This document shows, one piece after another, positions 17,409 to 26,520 of a DNA stretch of 64,000 bases (its first letter is position 1; each line of letters opens with the position of its first letter). Both the position numbers and the translations under genes were made by a program. The notes under the pieces are model-generated. The model worked only from the letters and a program-made list of their open reading frames with translations. It was not told the origin of the DNA and ran no database searches. The stretch comes from Candidatus Latescibacterota bacterium (GTDB lineage: Bacteria; Latescibacterota; UBA2968; UBA8231): the NCBI GenBank assembly GCA_965215195.1, contig CBDCDC010000001.1, positions 729,657-793,656 of the forward strand, read 5' to 3'.

Positions 17409-19145
17409 TTAGCTGTCGCTTGCCAAATTTCCAACGGCCGCCGACTGCGACGCAATTCCAGCGATCTCCGTCCAGCCGCCACCTAAATCACAGTAAGGGA
17501 GCGGGCCGAGGATGGCGTAGTGGAACTCGCCGTCGTCCGCGATGTCGCGCGGTCTTTCCGGCAGGTTGTGGACCTTTGCGCCGGCTGCGGACGCGCCCGA
17601 GGTGAGCGTCTTCTGTTTCTCGATGGCATGGATGATCTGTGATTCCACGAGAGTGGGCGGTACGTTGGCTGCTCCGAGCAGCACCATCAGTTCCTGCGTC
17701 AATGCCTTGTGCCCGATTGGCTGAGAACTCAAGAATACCGCAATGACCGCCTGCTCCATTTCCCGGTGGTGGAGGCCAGCCGCCTCGGACTGAATCGCAC
17801 GGCCCTTGTCCAGTTCGCCCTCGAGGATCGGCCGCCATTCTTGGTGCTTGCCGGTATCCGGGTCAACGCTGGCAAAGGAAGCGAGTTCACTTGCGGCTTC
17901 GGCTAGGTCACTTTTGCCCGGCTCGCTTAAAAGCACATTTGGCCCCACTAGCGGGCTCGCGTCCCACTTCTCGGCATCGCGCAGGGCAATGGCAAACGTC
18001 CGCAGGATGCCCCGGGTGCGCTGGAAGCCGTCGAGTTGGGTCCAGCGGGTGTAGAAGATCTCGGTGAGGTCCGGGTGAAAGGGATAGCTGCTCAGATAGC
18101 GTTTCTCCGCTTTTCCCCGCTCTTTCCGGGTTTGCTCGTCGAGTGCGGCGATGCTGCCTACCACCGAAGGGAAAACGCCCGGATCGCCAATCGACTCGGG
18201 CTTGAAAAAGCGACGCCGCAGCACCTCGGCCACGTCCTCCTTGCTCACCGGACTGGCGTCTTCTTCCATCTGGCGGCCAAAAATTTCGGACACGTCTCGC
18301 AGCAGTTCATTGCCAAAGGCGTCGTGTTTCCGCGGATCGGAGGCGAGCAGCGAGGCCACCATGGCGCAACGGTCCACTTTTACCACCGCTTGCGTGAGGT
18401 ACTGGAAAAAGCTGATCAAGCGTCCGCGCGACTGCGGGGCGGTTTCGACCTGAGCGCGGATATACATCAATACCTCGTCGAGCAGCACCAGCGTCGAAAG
18501 GTCGTCTTGTTGCGGCTTTGACAGCAACTCCACCACGAGCGGTTCCGCTGGCGGGGTGTCGCGCTCGGCGTCTTTGCCGTCGGCGTGGATGAGCCGGAGG
18601 CCGTCCGCCCCGGCCAGTTGAAAGGCGAGAATGCTCCACGGCTGCTTGAGCATCCGGACGGTCCCAGCGGGACCCGGGGTCTCGACACCCTTCTCTAGGT
18701 CGATCTTGTCGAAGCACAGCGCCGCGACCCGGGCCTTGGGTGCCTTGAAGCCGATGTGCGCCTCGAACTCCCGCACGGCCGGCAGGTCGGGCAGGGCGGC
18801 GGGGTCGTGGACTAGGTGCCTGAGCGCGATGAGCGTATGGGTCTTGCCGCCGCCGTAGTTGACCGCGAGCTTCCGGTACGCCTTGTCGCTTTTGCCAGCT
18901 AAGCGCAGGGCCACGTCTTTAACCAGTTCCCGCAGATTGTAGGTGGGATAGGTGAGCGCGAAGAATTCGGCGGGATGTTCGTACACGGGCCGCTGGCCCT
19001 TCTGCATGATCACGTCGTACAAGTCGGCGGCGAACACGGCCAGCGAGAGCTCGCCGGTCTTCAGATCGTCGCGCAGTTGCACGACTTCGTGCCAAGGTTT
19101 ATAGGGGAGCTTTCGCGTCATGTCGTCCTCATTTGGGTTCATCAC
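17409..19145 (-). CDS. DUF499-type ATPase, apparently C-terminally truncated
   Basis: PWHEVVQLRDDLKTGELSLAVFAADLYDV and NYGGGKTHTLIALRHL are DUF499 hallmarks as I recall them. At 578 aa it is about half the length I remember for family members. The end abuts higBA. Confidence 0.65.
   Translation of the reverse strand: MMNPNEDDMTRKLPYKPWHEVVQLRDDLKTGELSLAVFAADLYDVIMQKGQRPVYEHPAEFFALTYPTYNLRELVKDVALRLAGKSDKAYRKLAVNYGGGKTHTLIALRHLVHDPAALPDLPAVREFEAHIGFKAPKARVAALCFDKIDLEKGVETPGPAGTVRMLKQPWSILAFQLAGADGLRLIHADGKDAERDTPPAEPLVVELLSKPQQDDLSTLVLLDEVLMYIRAQVETAPQSRGRLISFFQYLTQAVVKVDRCAMVASLLASDPRKHDAFGNELLRDVSEIFGRQMEEDASPVSKEDVAEVLRRRFFKPESIGDPGVFPSVVGSIAALDEQTRKERGKAEKRYLSSYPFHPDLTEIFYTRWTQLDGFQRTRGILRTFAIALRDAEKWDASPLVGPNVLLSEPGKSDLAEAASELASFASVDPDTGKHQEWRPILEGELDKGRAIQSEAAGLHHREMEQAVIAVFLSSQPIGHKALTQELMVLLGAANVPPTLVESQIIHAIEKQKTLTSGASAAGAKVHNLPERPRDIADDGEFHYAILGPLPYCDLGGGWTEIAGIASQSAAVGNLASDS
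17774..17880. repeat. 107-bp direct repeat, copy 2 (partner at 16283..16389)
   Basis: Same sequence as copy 1, and it lies inside the DUF499 ORF. Confidence 0.9.
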
Positions 19146-19152
19146 AGGTACT

Positions 19153-19802
19153 CAAGTAAGCTCTCGAACCTTCTCACGAAAGTAGCGAAAACTGGGCGAT
19201 GCGTTACTCTCTACATCCATTTGCGGAGCGATCTTCTCGGACCATGCTGATTTTTCCCTGCCGACTGCCTGCCATCCCTTGTTTTTAAGTGCCCTTGAGC
19301 CTCCCACGAATACTGCGTCGGCCAGAAGTTCCCACGTTCCGCAAGTCGAGTCGTTTTCGTAGCGATTCAGTACATCTTCCTTGGCCCTCGGATAAGCTGC
19401 CTTGATCGCAGGTATGTCGCCGAGCAGCCAAGCTTCACCTTCTTCTATGGCTATACAAAACCGGACCTTTGGTTTGGGGTTGCACGCATTCAGGACAGTC
19501 GAGAGTTATTGGCGCAATGTTTTCAGACACTTGTCATCGAGGTCGCAAACCAGAATCACCGCTGCTGAATAGTTGGCGGGGTAGTTGGCAAAGGTTTTTC
19601 CATACCCCCTGAGCAACATGGGAAGTCGGTCGAGCAAAAGGCGTTTGCTAGCATCGATACTACTCGTGAGGTGTTTAGGAATGCGGCCGATTCCTCGGTA
19701 GTGAATAACCTTGAATGTATGTTGAGCGCCGGTGATTTTCGGGAGCAGAATGTCGAGTGCCTTTTTGCCGGACTGGTCTTCGACGAGTACCTCAAAGTGC
19801 AT
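19153..19802 (-). pseudogene. DUF4276-family (Toprim-like) protein interrupted by an in-frame TAA at 19506..19508
   Basis: MHFEVLVEDQSGKKALDILLPKI...VILVCDLDDKCLKTLRQ*LSTVLNACNPKPKVRFCIAIEEGEAWLLGDIPAIKAAYP...FRYFREKVRELT*. I checked the frame codon by codon across the stop. Confidence 0.7.
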
Positions 19803-19806
19803 CCAA

Positions 19807-21099
19807 TTACCTCGCGTCGAAATAGTCGCTGTACCAGAGGCCGCCCAACGGCAACCCCTCCGCAACCATGTTGTTCACGATTGGATCGTCGCTCGCCCGA
19901 CGGATGGTCGAAAAGCCGTCCGCGCCCTTTTCCAGAATCCAGACTTCTTGCGGCTCTAACGAATCGACAAAGTACGGCTGGTGCGTAGTAGTAAAAACCT
20001 GCGATCCCTCTCTGCGGCTGGCGTGTTCGCGGAATTCGCTCGCCAGAGTCTCCAAGAGTTTGTGATACAGGCCGTTTTCCGGTTCTTCGATGCAGAGGAA
20101 CGCGGGCGGTGTCGGGTCTTCGATCAGCAACAGATAGGCGAATACCTTGAGCGTCCCGTCGGACACTTGCTGGGCGTAAAAGGGAGCCTGAAAGCCTTTG
20201 TCGTTGAACCGGAGTAGCAACCGGCCGTCACTGGTTCTTTCCGTGTCGATCTGATCTATGCCCGGAATTTTAGCGGCGATCTTTTTTAGAATAGATCGGA
20301 AACGCCGTGGATGTTCGCGCTCCATGAATTGCGCGAAATTGCCGAGGTTGTCGCCGTGGATATTGAGATGTTGCTGGGGACCGGCCAACGGCAGGCTGCG
20401 CGCCGCGTCCGGGGTGAAGTAGCTGAGATACCAGCCCTCGATGAAGCGGCGAAAAGCGGAGATGCGCGGGTGTTGCTTCAAGGCACCGAGCGTGGCAATG
20501 CCGAGCTTGCGCCGGTCTTCCAGTTCAATGATCTCGGCATCTTTGAACGCTTCCAGTTCTTTCGCTTCTATAATTGAGTTTACTAACGACATAGCAAACT
20601 CGGAAAGAGCGAAGCCTTCCGTTGTTATATTGACCTGACTACCCGTTTGGTTTCCCTTCCATGCCACACCTATGCCTCCACTGATCAAAAGGAACATAAG
20701 CGGTTGGTTATCTTCTCTGATTTCCTCCATAATTTCGCGCAACACATAGGGACGCCCGAACTCGTCCGCCTCAATGGCGATCTCGTAGATAATGGGCCAG
20801 GCGTTTCCATGTTCTCTGTAGTACACATCGAACTCGATGGGGCCTGTTGCTCCCTGCGTCCGCATTTTCTCGAAGCCGCCGCGCCCCCGTGCGTCGCAGG
20901 CCTCCTCAACGCCAGACCTGAGCGCGTCGGCGAGGAAACCGAACGCATCGAATAGGGCACTTTTTCCGACGCCATTTTTGCCGATTACCGCGGTCATGGG
21001 GGTGAGCGGCTGGTTTTGCTGTTGGTTCCACAGGCGGCCCAGAGTCACATCCTTGAGCACCTTGAAGTTTCTTACTCTGAAGCCTTCTATCTTGGCCAA
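19807..21099 (-). CDS. SMC/ABC-type ATPase (AAA_15/AAA_21-like), partner of the DUF4276 gene
   Basis: FRVRNFKVLKDVTL...VIGKNGVGKSALFDAFGFL (Walker A) and FLCIEEPENGLYHKLL (Walker B/D-loop). TTG start with an AAGGA RBS. Confidence 0.75.
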   Translation of the reverse strand: MAKIEGFRVRNFKVLKDVTLGRLWNQQQNQPLTPMTAVIGKNGVGKSALFDAFGFLADALRSGVEEACDARGRGGFEKMRTQGATGPIEFDVYYREHGNAWPIIYEIAIEADEFGRPYVLREIMEEIREDNQPLMFLLISGGIGVAWKGNQTGSQVNITTEGFALSEFAMSLVNSIIEAKELEAFKDAEIIELEDRRKLGIATLGALKQHPRISAFRRFIEGWYLSYFTPDAARSLPLAGPQQHLNIHGDNLGNFAQFMEREHPRRFRSILKKIAAKIPGIDQIDTERTSDGRLLLRFNDKGFQAPFYAQQVSDGTLKVFAYLLLIEDPTPPAFLCIEEPENGLYHKLLETLASEFREHASRREGSQVFTTTHQPYFVDSLEPQEVWILEKGADGFSTIRRASDDPIVNNMVAEGLPLGGLWYSDYFDAR

Positions 21100-21317
21100 T
21101 TTGCAGTCCTTATGGGTAGGTGCTAAGAAGCCGTCCTATCACGCAGAGGCGGACGGAGGAGCCATTATCGATGCTGCATTTCATGGCGATTGCCTCCTTT
21201 GAATCGGAGTAACCCATTTGGGTAACTTGGGTTCGTAAATCGCAATGATGATAAGCGTTGGTCGAGCTGTCGTGCAAACGGTATGAATGGCTCGCCCGGC
21301 CCGAGTAATACCGTATA

Positions 21318-22235
21318 TCAAGCAACATGCTCCCCTTCGATGTTGGGCGGCTCAATCTGCGGAACTCCCGCTTCATCAACCTCCAAGAGCTGTCGATGGC
21401 GCGGCTCATACTCCTCGTCCGGCTTCAGCGGCTCAAACTCGGCATAAGTCGGATAGTACGCAGCCAATTCCTTGCGCGCCTCGGCCAGCACCCACCGGCC
21501 CCAAGCGCGCACGTGCCAAGCGAGATCCGCCTCGAGTATGGGATCGTCCTGCTGCACGAGATCGAGTTGGATTTCGCCGCCATCGCCGTGGCCGAGCCGC
21601 TCCAAGAAGGTCCGCAGGCCGGCCCCCTTAAACCCCTTCGCCTTCAGGAACGCCTCCATGAATTCGCCGTTCTCCAACGCGAACTCGGGCAGCGGGCGGG
21701 TCTGAGCGGCGAGCTTCTGCGGATATTCGAGGGTACACTTGAGGATGAACCAAGCCACCGGGTTGATGTCCATGGCGGTCACGTCGCAGCCGAGGCGCAT
21801 CGCTTCGAGCGGAATGGCCCCGCCGCCGGCAAACGGGTCCAGCACTTTGGGCGCACGGCCGCCATACGCCCTGCGGATCTCGTCGCGGAACCATTCGAGA
21901 GCCGGGCCGTTCTCGCGGCCCCAATGGAGGATGCCGCCGACCGTCTCCTCCTTCACCTTCTCGACCGTGCGGCCGTTCACGCGCTTGCGTTCAATCGTCT
22001 CGACGACGCGGCCGGCCATGCGCTCTAGGAGCGCCTTCCGCTCTTTGGGATCACCGGGGTCGGGAAGCAGCGTCGCGATCAGGGCGGCGCGGGATGCCGC
22101 GAGAGGTCGCCGCGCCGGCCATATATGCAGCGTCGAAATATGCCCGTGCCGCACGTTCTTCTCGTGGACGGAGTCGAGGGACGTCTGCTTGAGCGGGAAG
22201 GCGACTTCGATGAGGCGTTTGTCGTTTGGGGTCAT
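21318..22235 (-). pseudogene. DUF1156-type DNA methyltransferase, N-terminal 305-aa fragment
   Basis: MTPNDKRLIEVAFPLKQTSLDSVHEKNVRHGHISTLHIWPARRPLAASRA (DUF1156 signature as I recall it) and SAM motif I VLDPFAGGGAIPLEA. No (D/N)PPY catalytic motif appears before the stop. The ORF ends where an AT-rich junction begins. Confidence 0.7.
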
Positions 22236-22816
22236 GGTTGCCAGCCTTGAAACATGGTGCGGAGATCCGCTACAAAGTGCCTGAAAGACTTATCCAATCG
22301 TGTGGCGCGGTTGATATTTATCTGCTCTACAATGTCTTCCGCATATTCGATACCGCCAAGTCTAGGTATTGTTCCCGTGGCATAAATGGCCTCAATTAGC
22401 CGCTGTTTATAGCGCCCTCGATCGCATTTTTGATCGGGTGCATCGCAGCCTTTACCGAATACAGCCTTGAAGGCCGCGCCATCGAGCAGCAGCCAACGCT
22501 CAATATGTGGATCGGGAATGGCAAGGATCATGGGCGCGGGTTCATCTCGGCCGACGATTTCCCGCGTACGCTCGTTCAGTCCTTTGCAATTGGCGTCGGT
22601 GGCGACGACGATCAGGGCGGGCCAAGGACTACCCTGCCGCTTCAGATCGCGCATGTAGAAGTTAAGCTCGGCGGTGACTTTGCCGTGGCCGCCGACTGCG
22701 ACGCGCCATTTGAGTCGTACCTCGATATCGCACTCTACGGCGACCCGCCGTACCAGCGCGCCGATGATTTGCTGATGCGCGTAGTCCTCGACGAAGAGCG
22801 CGATCTCACGCATCAA
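22232..22816 (-). CDS. Toprim-like / DUF4276-like small protein, partner of the upstream ATPase
   Basis: IALFVEDYAH (acidic start), LIVVATDANC, and AIPDPHIERWLLLD. It overlaps the ATPase gene by 11 nt and its stop overlaps the DUF1156 start (ATGA). Confidence 0.55.
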   Translation of the reverse strand: MMREIALFVEDYAHQQIIGALVRRVAVECDIEVRLKWRVAVGGHGKVTAELNFYMRDLKRQGSPWPALIVVATDANCKGLNERTREIVGRDEPAPMILAIPDPHIERWLLLDGAAFKAVFGKGCDAPDQKCDRGRYKQRLIEAIYATGTIPRLGGIEYAEDIVEQININRATRLDKSFRHFVADLRTMFQGWQP

Positions 22817-24116
22817 AGTCCCCTCTCAGAATGCGCTCGGATACGGGGAGCGCCGCCTGTTGCTCCGAGAGCGCCTGATCGATATCACTGCGCCGTCCCA
22901 ATGGTCCCCAAGTAGAAAACGGCTCAATTCGCGTCTTGCGGTTGATCCGGTTCGTCACAAATAGGGAGCTGTCCGCGAGCAGATCGGGCAGGATCGGCGA
23001 GTGCGTGGTGACGATGTACTGCGTCTGTCGCAAGGTCTCCTGCGTTTTCAGCAATTCTGCGATCAACTGGATGCGGCGCGGGTGAACGCCGTTCTCTGGT
23101 TCCTCGAACCCGACCAGTGCCGGCGCGTCGTCAACGCCGGTCAAAGCCAGAAGCCCGAGCATCCGCAGCGTACCTTCGGACAGCACGCGGGCCGGTATCG
23201 CAACACCGCCTTCCTTGAGGCGCAGTTCGACCTCGCCGAGATCGCTCACCTCCACCTCAATGCCGTCAATGTTCGGCATCAGCGCATGTAACGCCTTTTC
23301 GACCCCCCTGAACTGCTTGGCATCGGTTGCCTTCATGGTGTTGAGGAAGGCGGCGAGTTCTTCGCCCATCAAGCCAATATGACGCACTTCCTTTACTGGA
23401 TTGGCGGCGCGCATGCGTTCGCGCGGCTCAAAATAAAAGAACAGCCAGCTTTCCAATTCGCGCCGCGCCGCCGCCAAGTGGGGATAGTGCGGCGGATAAT
23501 GCGGCATGGAGAGGATGCTATGATCGAGATAACGGTCGTAATAGGTGGGGTGCGCTTGTCCTTCGTGCCGCAGGTGGATTCTTTCGTCTTGCCGTTCGAG
23601 AAAGGGCTTGCGTCTACCCGTAGGCTCGCCCTTGCTGTTCAGGGCGGCTAGGTATTCGTCCGCCACGCGCAGGAGACCCGATCTGGGTAGCATCTCCACC
23701 TCGATGCGGTAGCGCAAGTCGCGTTCGCGGACGCGGGCGGGGAGTTTGCTTCTCTCTTTAGACTCGACCTCGCCGCTCGGACGACGCATTTCTAGGATCT
23801 GGCGATTGACGGTCTCGACGACTGCGTCCGACAAGTTCAGGTCGGCTTCAATCGAAAACGACAGCCGCTCCTGTTCGAGCAGCCCCTTGATGCCTTTTTG
23901 CCCGATGGTAAAGGACTCGAGCGGCTTGCCGCGATAGGGTGGATCAAAAGCCTCTTTGAGCGTCCGGCTCGTCCCCAGCTTCGACAGCAATTGCAGGGCG
24001 TCGAGCAAATTGCTCTTACCAGCGGCATTTGGTCCGAACAGAACCACGAGCTGGGACAGACGCACTTCGACATCTTCAAGAGACTTGTACCCTCGGATGT
24101 GTATGCGCTTCAGCAT
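22806..24116 (-). CDS. SMC/ABC-type ATPase (AAA_15/AAA_21-like)
   Basis: MLKRIHIRGYKSLEDVEVRLSQLVVLFGPNAAGKSNLLDALQLL (Walker A) and LVGFEEPENGVHPRRI (Walker B). Confidence 0.75.
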   Translation of the reverse strand: MLKRIHIRGYKSLEDVEVRLSQLVVLFGPNAAGKSNLLDALQLLSKLGTSRTLKEAFDPPYRGKPLESFTIGQKGIKGLLEQERLSFSIEADLNLSDAVVETVNRQILEMRRPSGEVESKERSKLPARVRERDLRYRIEVEMLPRSGLLRVADEYLAALNSKGEPTGRRKPFLERQDERIHLRHEGQAHPTYYDRYLDHSILSMPHYPPHYPHLAAARRELESWLFFYFEPRERMRAANPVKEVRHIGLMGEELAAFLNTMKATDAKQFRGVEKALHALMPNIDGIEVEVSDLGEVELRLKEGGVAIPARVLSEGTLRMLGLLALTGVDDAPALVGFEEPENGVHPRRIQLIAELLKTQETLRQTQYIVTTHSPILPDLLADSSLFVTNRINRKTRIEPFSTWGPLGRRSDIDQALSEQQAALPVSERILRGDFDA

Positions 24117-24303
24117 GTTGGCGTCTCCATTGCCGTTGCGTTCCAATCAACTACTCTCAGCCCACATCGACGTCGCTGTCCTGCCGGACATTGACGCGGT
24201 TTCGCTACGATCCATGTGGGGGTTCTTTAGCTTGTCGCTTTTGTCGATCGCATTGCGAATAGCTTTGATGGCATATATCGGGGTGCCATTAGGTACCGCG
24301 CAG

Positions 24304-24531
24304 TTATTTGGTCCTCCGGGTACCCGCCGAGACCTCTGAGTGGCTTCTGGATACGTCCGCTGGAGCGCCTTGTTCAGCGGACCCTCTCAGAGCACGTAGA
24401 TCCACAACGCGCTGACCTACCGGCCGCTTTCTGGTTTTGAGATGGGCAACAAGGGCCTCGATATCATACCCGTGTTCCTGCGCGATGCTGGCTTTGATCC
24501 GCCAAAGCTCCTTGATGATTTCGTCAGCCAT
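24304..24531 (-). CDS. small protein downstream of the PIN gene (possible cognate antitoxin/partner)
   Basis: The MADEIIKELWRIKASIAQEHGYDIEALVAHLK start overlaps the PIN stop (ATGGCTGA). Function is inferred only from this pairing. Confidence 0.4.
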   Translation of the reverse strand: MADEIIKELWRIKASIAQEHGYDIEALVAHLKTRKRPVGQRVVDLRALRGSAEQGAPADVSRSHSEVSAGTRRTK

Positions 24532-25018
24532 CTTCAAATACTCCCATAAGTTCTTGAGGGGTGCAGATTTCCGGACTGGTATATCCGTGTATGGTACAAA
24601 CGCTTCGCACGATGGGTTTGGTTTCGGCATTATCAAGATGCCGACAGTTCCAAGTCAGGAGATAGTCGACGCCATGTACGGCGGATACGGCAATATGAAG
24701 GGCATCATCCAAGGCCTTGGTCGGAAGAGCTCTCTCTTGGATAAGGGCTTTGGACAACTCGACCATGGCCTCTGTGATGGGCAATACGGGAATCACGGAT
24801 AATGCCTCAAGGCGTCGCGCCGCCGCCTCGGGGGTGCCCTTTCCAGCTTCTTCAATCGCAACATCGGAGGTATAGAGGTCGAATCGCTTTCTCTGTGTTT
24901 CCCACCAGTCAACGGTGCTCTTTTGCCAGGCAGCCGCCAGCAGATCGCTCGTAGGTCGAGCCGTTAGATATGACACGATCGAGGTCTCTACGTAAACTGT
25001 TTTCTTATCTATCGCCAT
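24524..25018 (-). CDS. PIN-domain (VapC-like) protein
   Basis: VYVETSIVSYL (first acidic residue context), DALHIAVSAVHGVDYLLTWNCRHL, and about 160 aa in length. Confidence 0.6.
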   Translation of the reverse strand: MAIDKKTVYVETSIVSYLTARPTSDLLAAAWQKSTVDWWETQRKRFDLYTSDVAIEEAGKGTPEAAARRLEALSVIPVLPITEAMVELSKALIQERALPTKALDDALHIAVSAVHGVDYLLTWNCRHLDNAETKPIVRSVCTIHGYTSPEICTPQELMGVFEDG

Positions 25019-25057
25019 TAGTTTTCCTTAGCCCTGCGATGCACAAGTTCATACTCA

Positions 25058-25354
25058 GGTCGCGCATATAGAAGTTAAGCTCGGCGATGACTTTGCCGTG
25101 GCCGCCGACTGCGACGCTAGCGGTATTGCATTTCTCGGCGATCCGCTGTACCAGCGCACCGATGATTTGCTGATGCGCGTAGTCCTCGACGAAGAGCGCA
25201 ATCTCACGCATCAAAGTCCCCTCTCAGAATGCGCTCGGATACGGGGAGCACCGCCTGTTGCTCCGAGAGCGCCTGATCGACGTCGCTGTCCTGCCGGACA
25301 TTGACGCGGTTTCGCTACGATCCATGTGGGGGTTCTTTAGCTTGTCGCTTTTGT
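25058..25354. repeat. relic second copy of the ATPase/Toprim-like module with the ATPase body deleted
   Basis: 25058..25280 matches 22645..22880 (Toprim-like N-terminus MMREIALFVEDYAHQQIIGALV... plus the ATPase 3' end). 25276..25354 matches 24167..24245 (upstream of the ATPase). The junction lies at a shared ATCGA. Confidence 0.8.
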
Positions 25355-25781
25355 TGCTTTGCTGTAACGCGGCTGTCGTACTCCCATGCTGCTCCTCCTT
25401 TCTCGATCTCGTCCCCAAGCTCTTGAGCCGCACGGCCGGCAGCTTCTTCAGTCGCTGGTTGAGCGGATCGACTTCTATACCGAGGGACTCCAGAGCCGTT
25501 ACCCCGAGCAACGGCTCGGTGTCTGCTTCTCCGAAAAGAACCGTGCTTCCCACGATTTCTCCCATGAGTTCGATTCGTGCAATCGCAATGTCCATCTCGA
25601 CTTCACTGCCATCGGCCAATAGGTACGTCCGCTGCGCTTCGGGTTTGAGGCCAATGGCCTCTAGGTGTTGTCGCGGGACCAAGCTGTCGGTCGCGCCTGT
25701 GTCAACTAGAAAAATCCCTTCCCAGCTTTTGTTTCGATCGGCCGGATTGCTGATGACTACGTTGGCGTTTACTGCACCCAT
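25224..25781 (-). CDS. retropepsin-like (clan AA) aspartic protease; the 3' end reads into relic DNA
   Basis: GIFLVDTGATDSLVP (DTGA active site) and LLGVTALESLGIEVDP. The C-terminal ~60 codons run through the repeat at 25224..25354, so the native stop is probably lost. Confidence 0.55.
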   Translation of the reverse strand: MGAVNANVVISNPADRNKSWEGIFLVDTGATDSLVPRQHLEAIGLKPEAQRTYLLADGSEVEMDIAIARIELMGEIVGSTVLFGEADTEPLLGVTALESLGIEVDPLNQRLKKLPAVRLKSLGTRSRKEEQHGSTTAALQQSNKSDKLKNPHMDRSETASMSGRTATSIRRSRSNRRCSPYPSAF

Positions 25782-25842
25782 TTTCCAAGACCTCCATCCC
25801 ACAATTTCCCCCATGAGTTCGATTCGTGCAATCGCGTCTGCG

Positions 25843-26520
25843 TCACTCGGCGGCCTCTATAACAGCCCTTGGGGAGATGGTGTAAGCGATGGACTCGCGG
25901 CTCCTGACGAGCAGCTTGGCAAACGGATCGCGCACCCGCACCAAACGCGGATGAGGCGTGGCGCAGTTGAAGACGACGTAGAGCCAGTACCCGTCGCGGA
26001 GATTGCAAGCCTTGGCCCATTCATTATCACTCATTTCAATGCCCCCGGAACCGGCCCGTCCCTTGACTTCTATGGCGCGTCGTTCCGCTCCGGCGCGGCG
26101 GGCGAGCAGATCGAAGCCCGGCCAGTCGGTTAGCCCGGCGCGCCGCGCCAGTTCGGGCCGCGAGACATCCTGCACCTCAGCACCCAAGCGCTCCTCGTAA
26201 GCGATAGCGACCTTCACGGCGATGGCTTCGACCTCGGCATCGTAGCACTCGGCCTGCGCGGAATCCTCGGCCGGCACCACGAGGGCGTGAACGAGGAACT
26301 CAACCGCACCGGGCCGGATGAAGTTTGGTTCGGCTTGCAGTTCGGCGAGGCGCTGGTTGCGGGAAGCCGTCAAGCTCCGCTGCCGTTCCTTGACCTTGGA
26401 AAGTTCCCCTTGGGCATACAGATCACCAGCGCGAGCCATTGCGCTAAGGCGGGATCGGGCGGCGGCCAGTTCGGCGGCCTGAAAGTCGAAGCCGCGACAA
26501 CGGATGACATGCGCCTTGCT
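25843..26520 (-). pseudogene. C-terminal fragment of a DUF3883-containing helicase
   Basis: GFDLLARRAGAERRAIEVKGRAGSGGIEMSDNEWAKACNLRDGYWLYVVFNC is DUF3883-like. The frame is open upstream to about 26520 with no helicase motifs or start context. It abuts the ABC permease stop. Confidence 0.6.

Noticed and set aside
21100-21317. ORF 21110..21409 (minus) and a 24-codon ORF (MKCSIDNGSSVRLCVIGRLLSTYP) with a good RBS just upstream of the ATPase TTG start.
   Set aside because: This is an AT-rich junction between the truncated methylase and the inserted module. The long ORF overlaps the methylase 3' end in another frame. The 24-aa ORF has no support beyond an RBS-like AAGGAGG.
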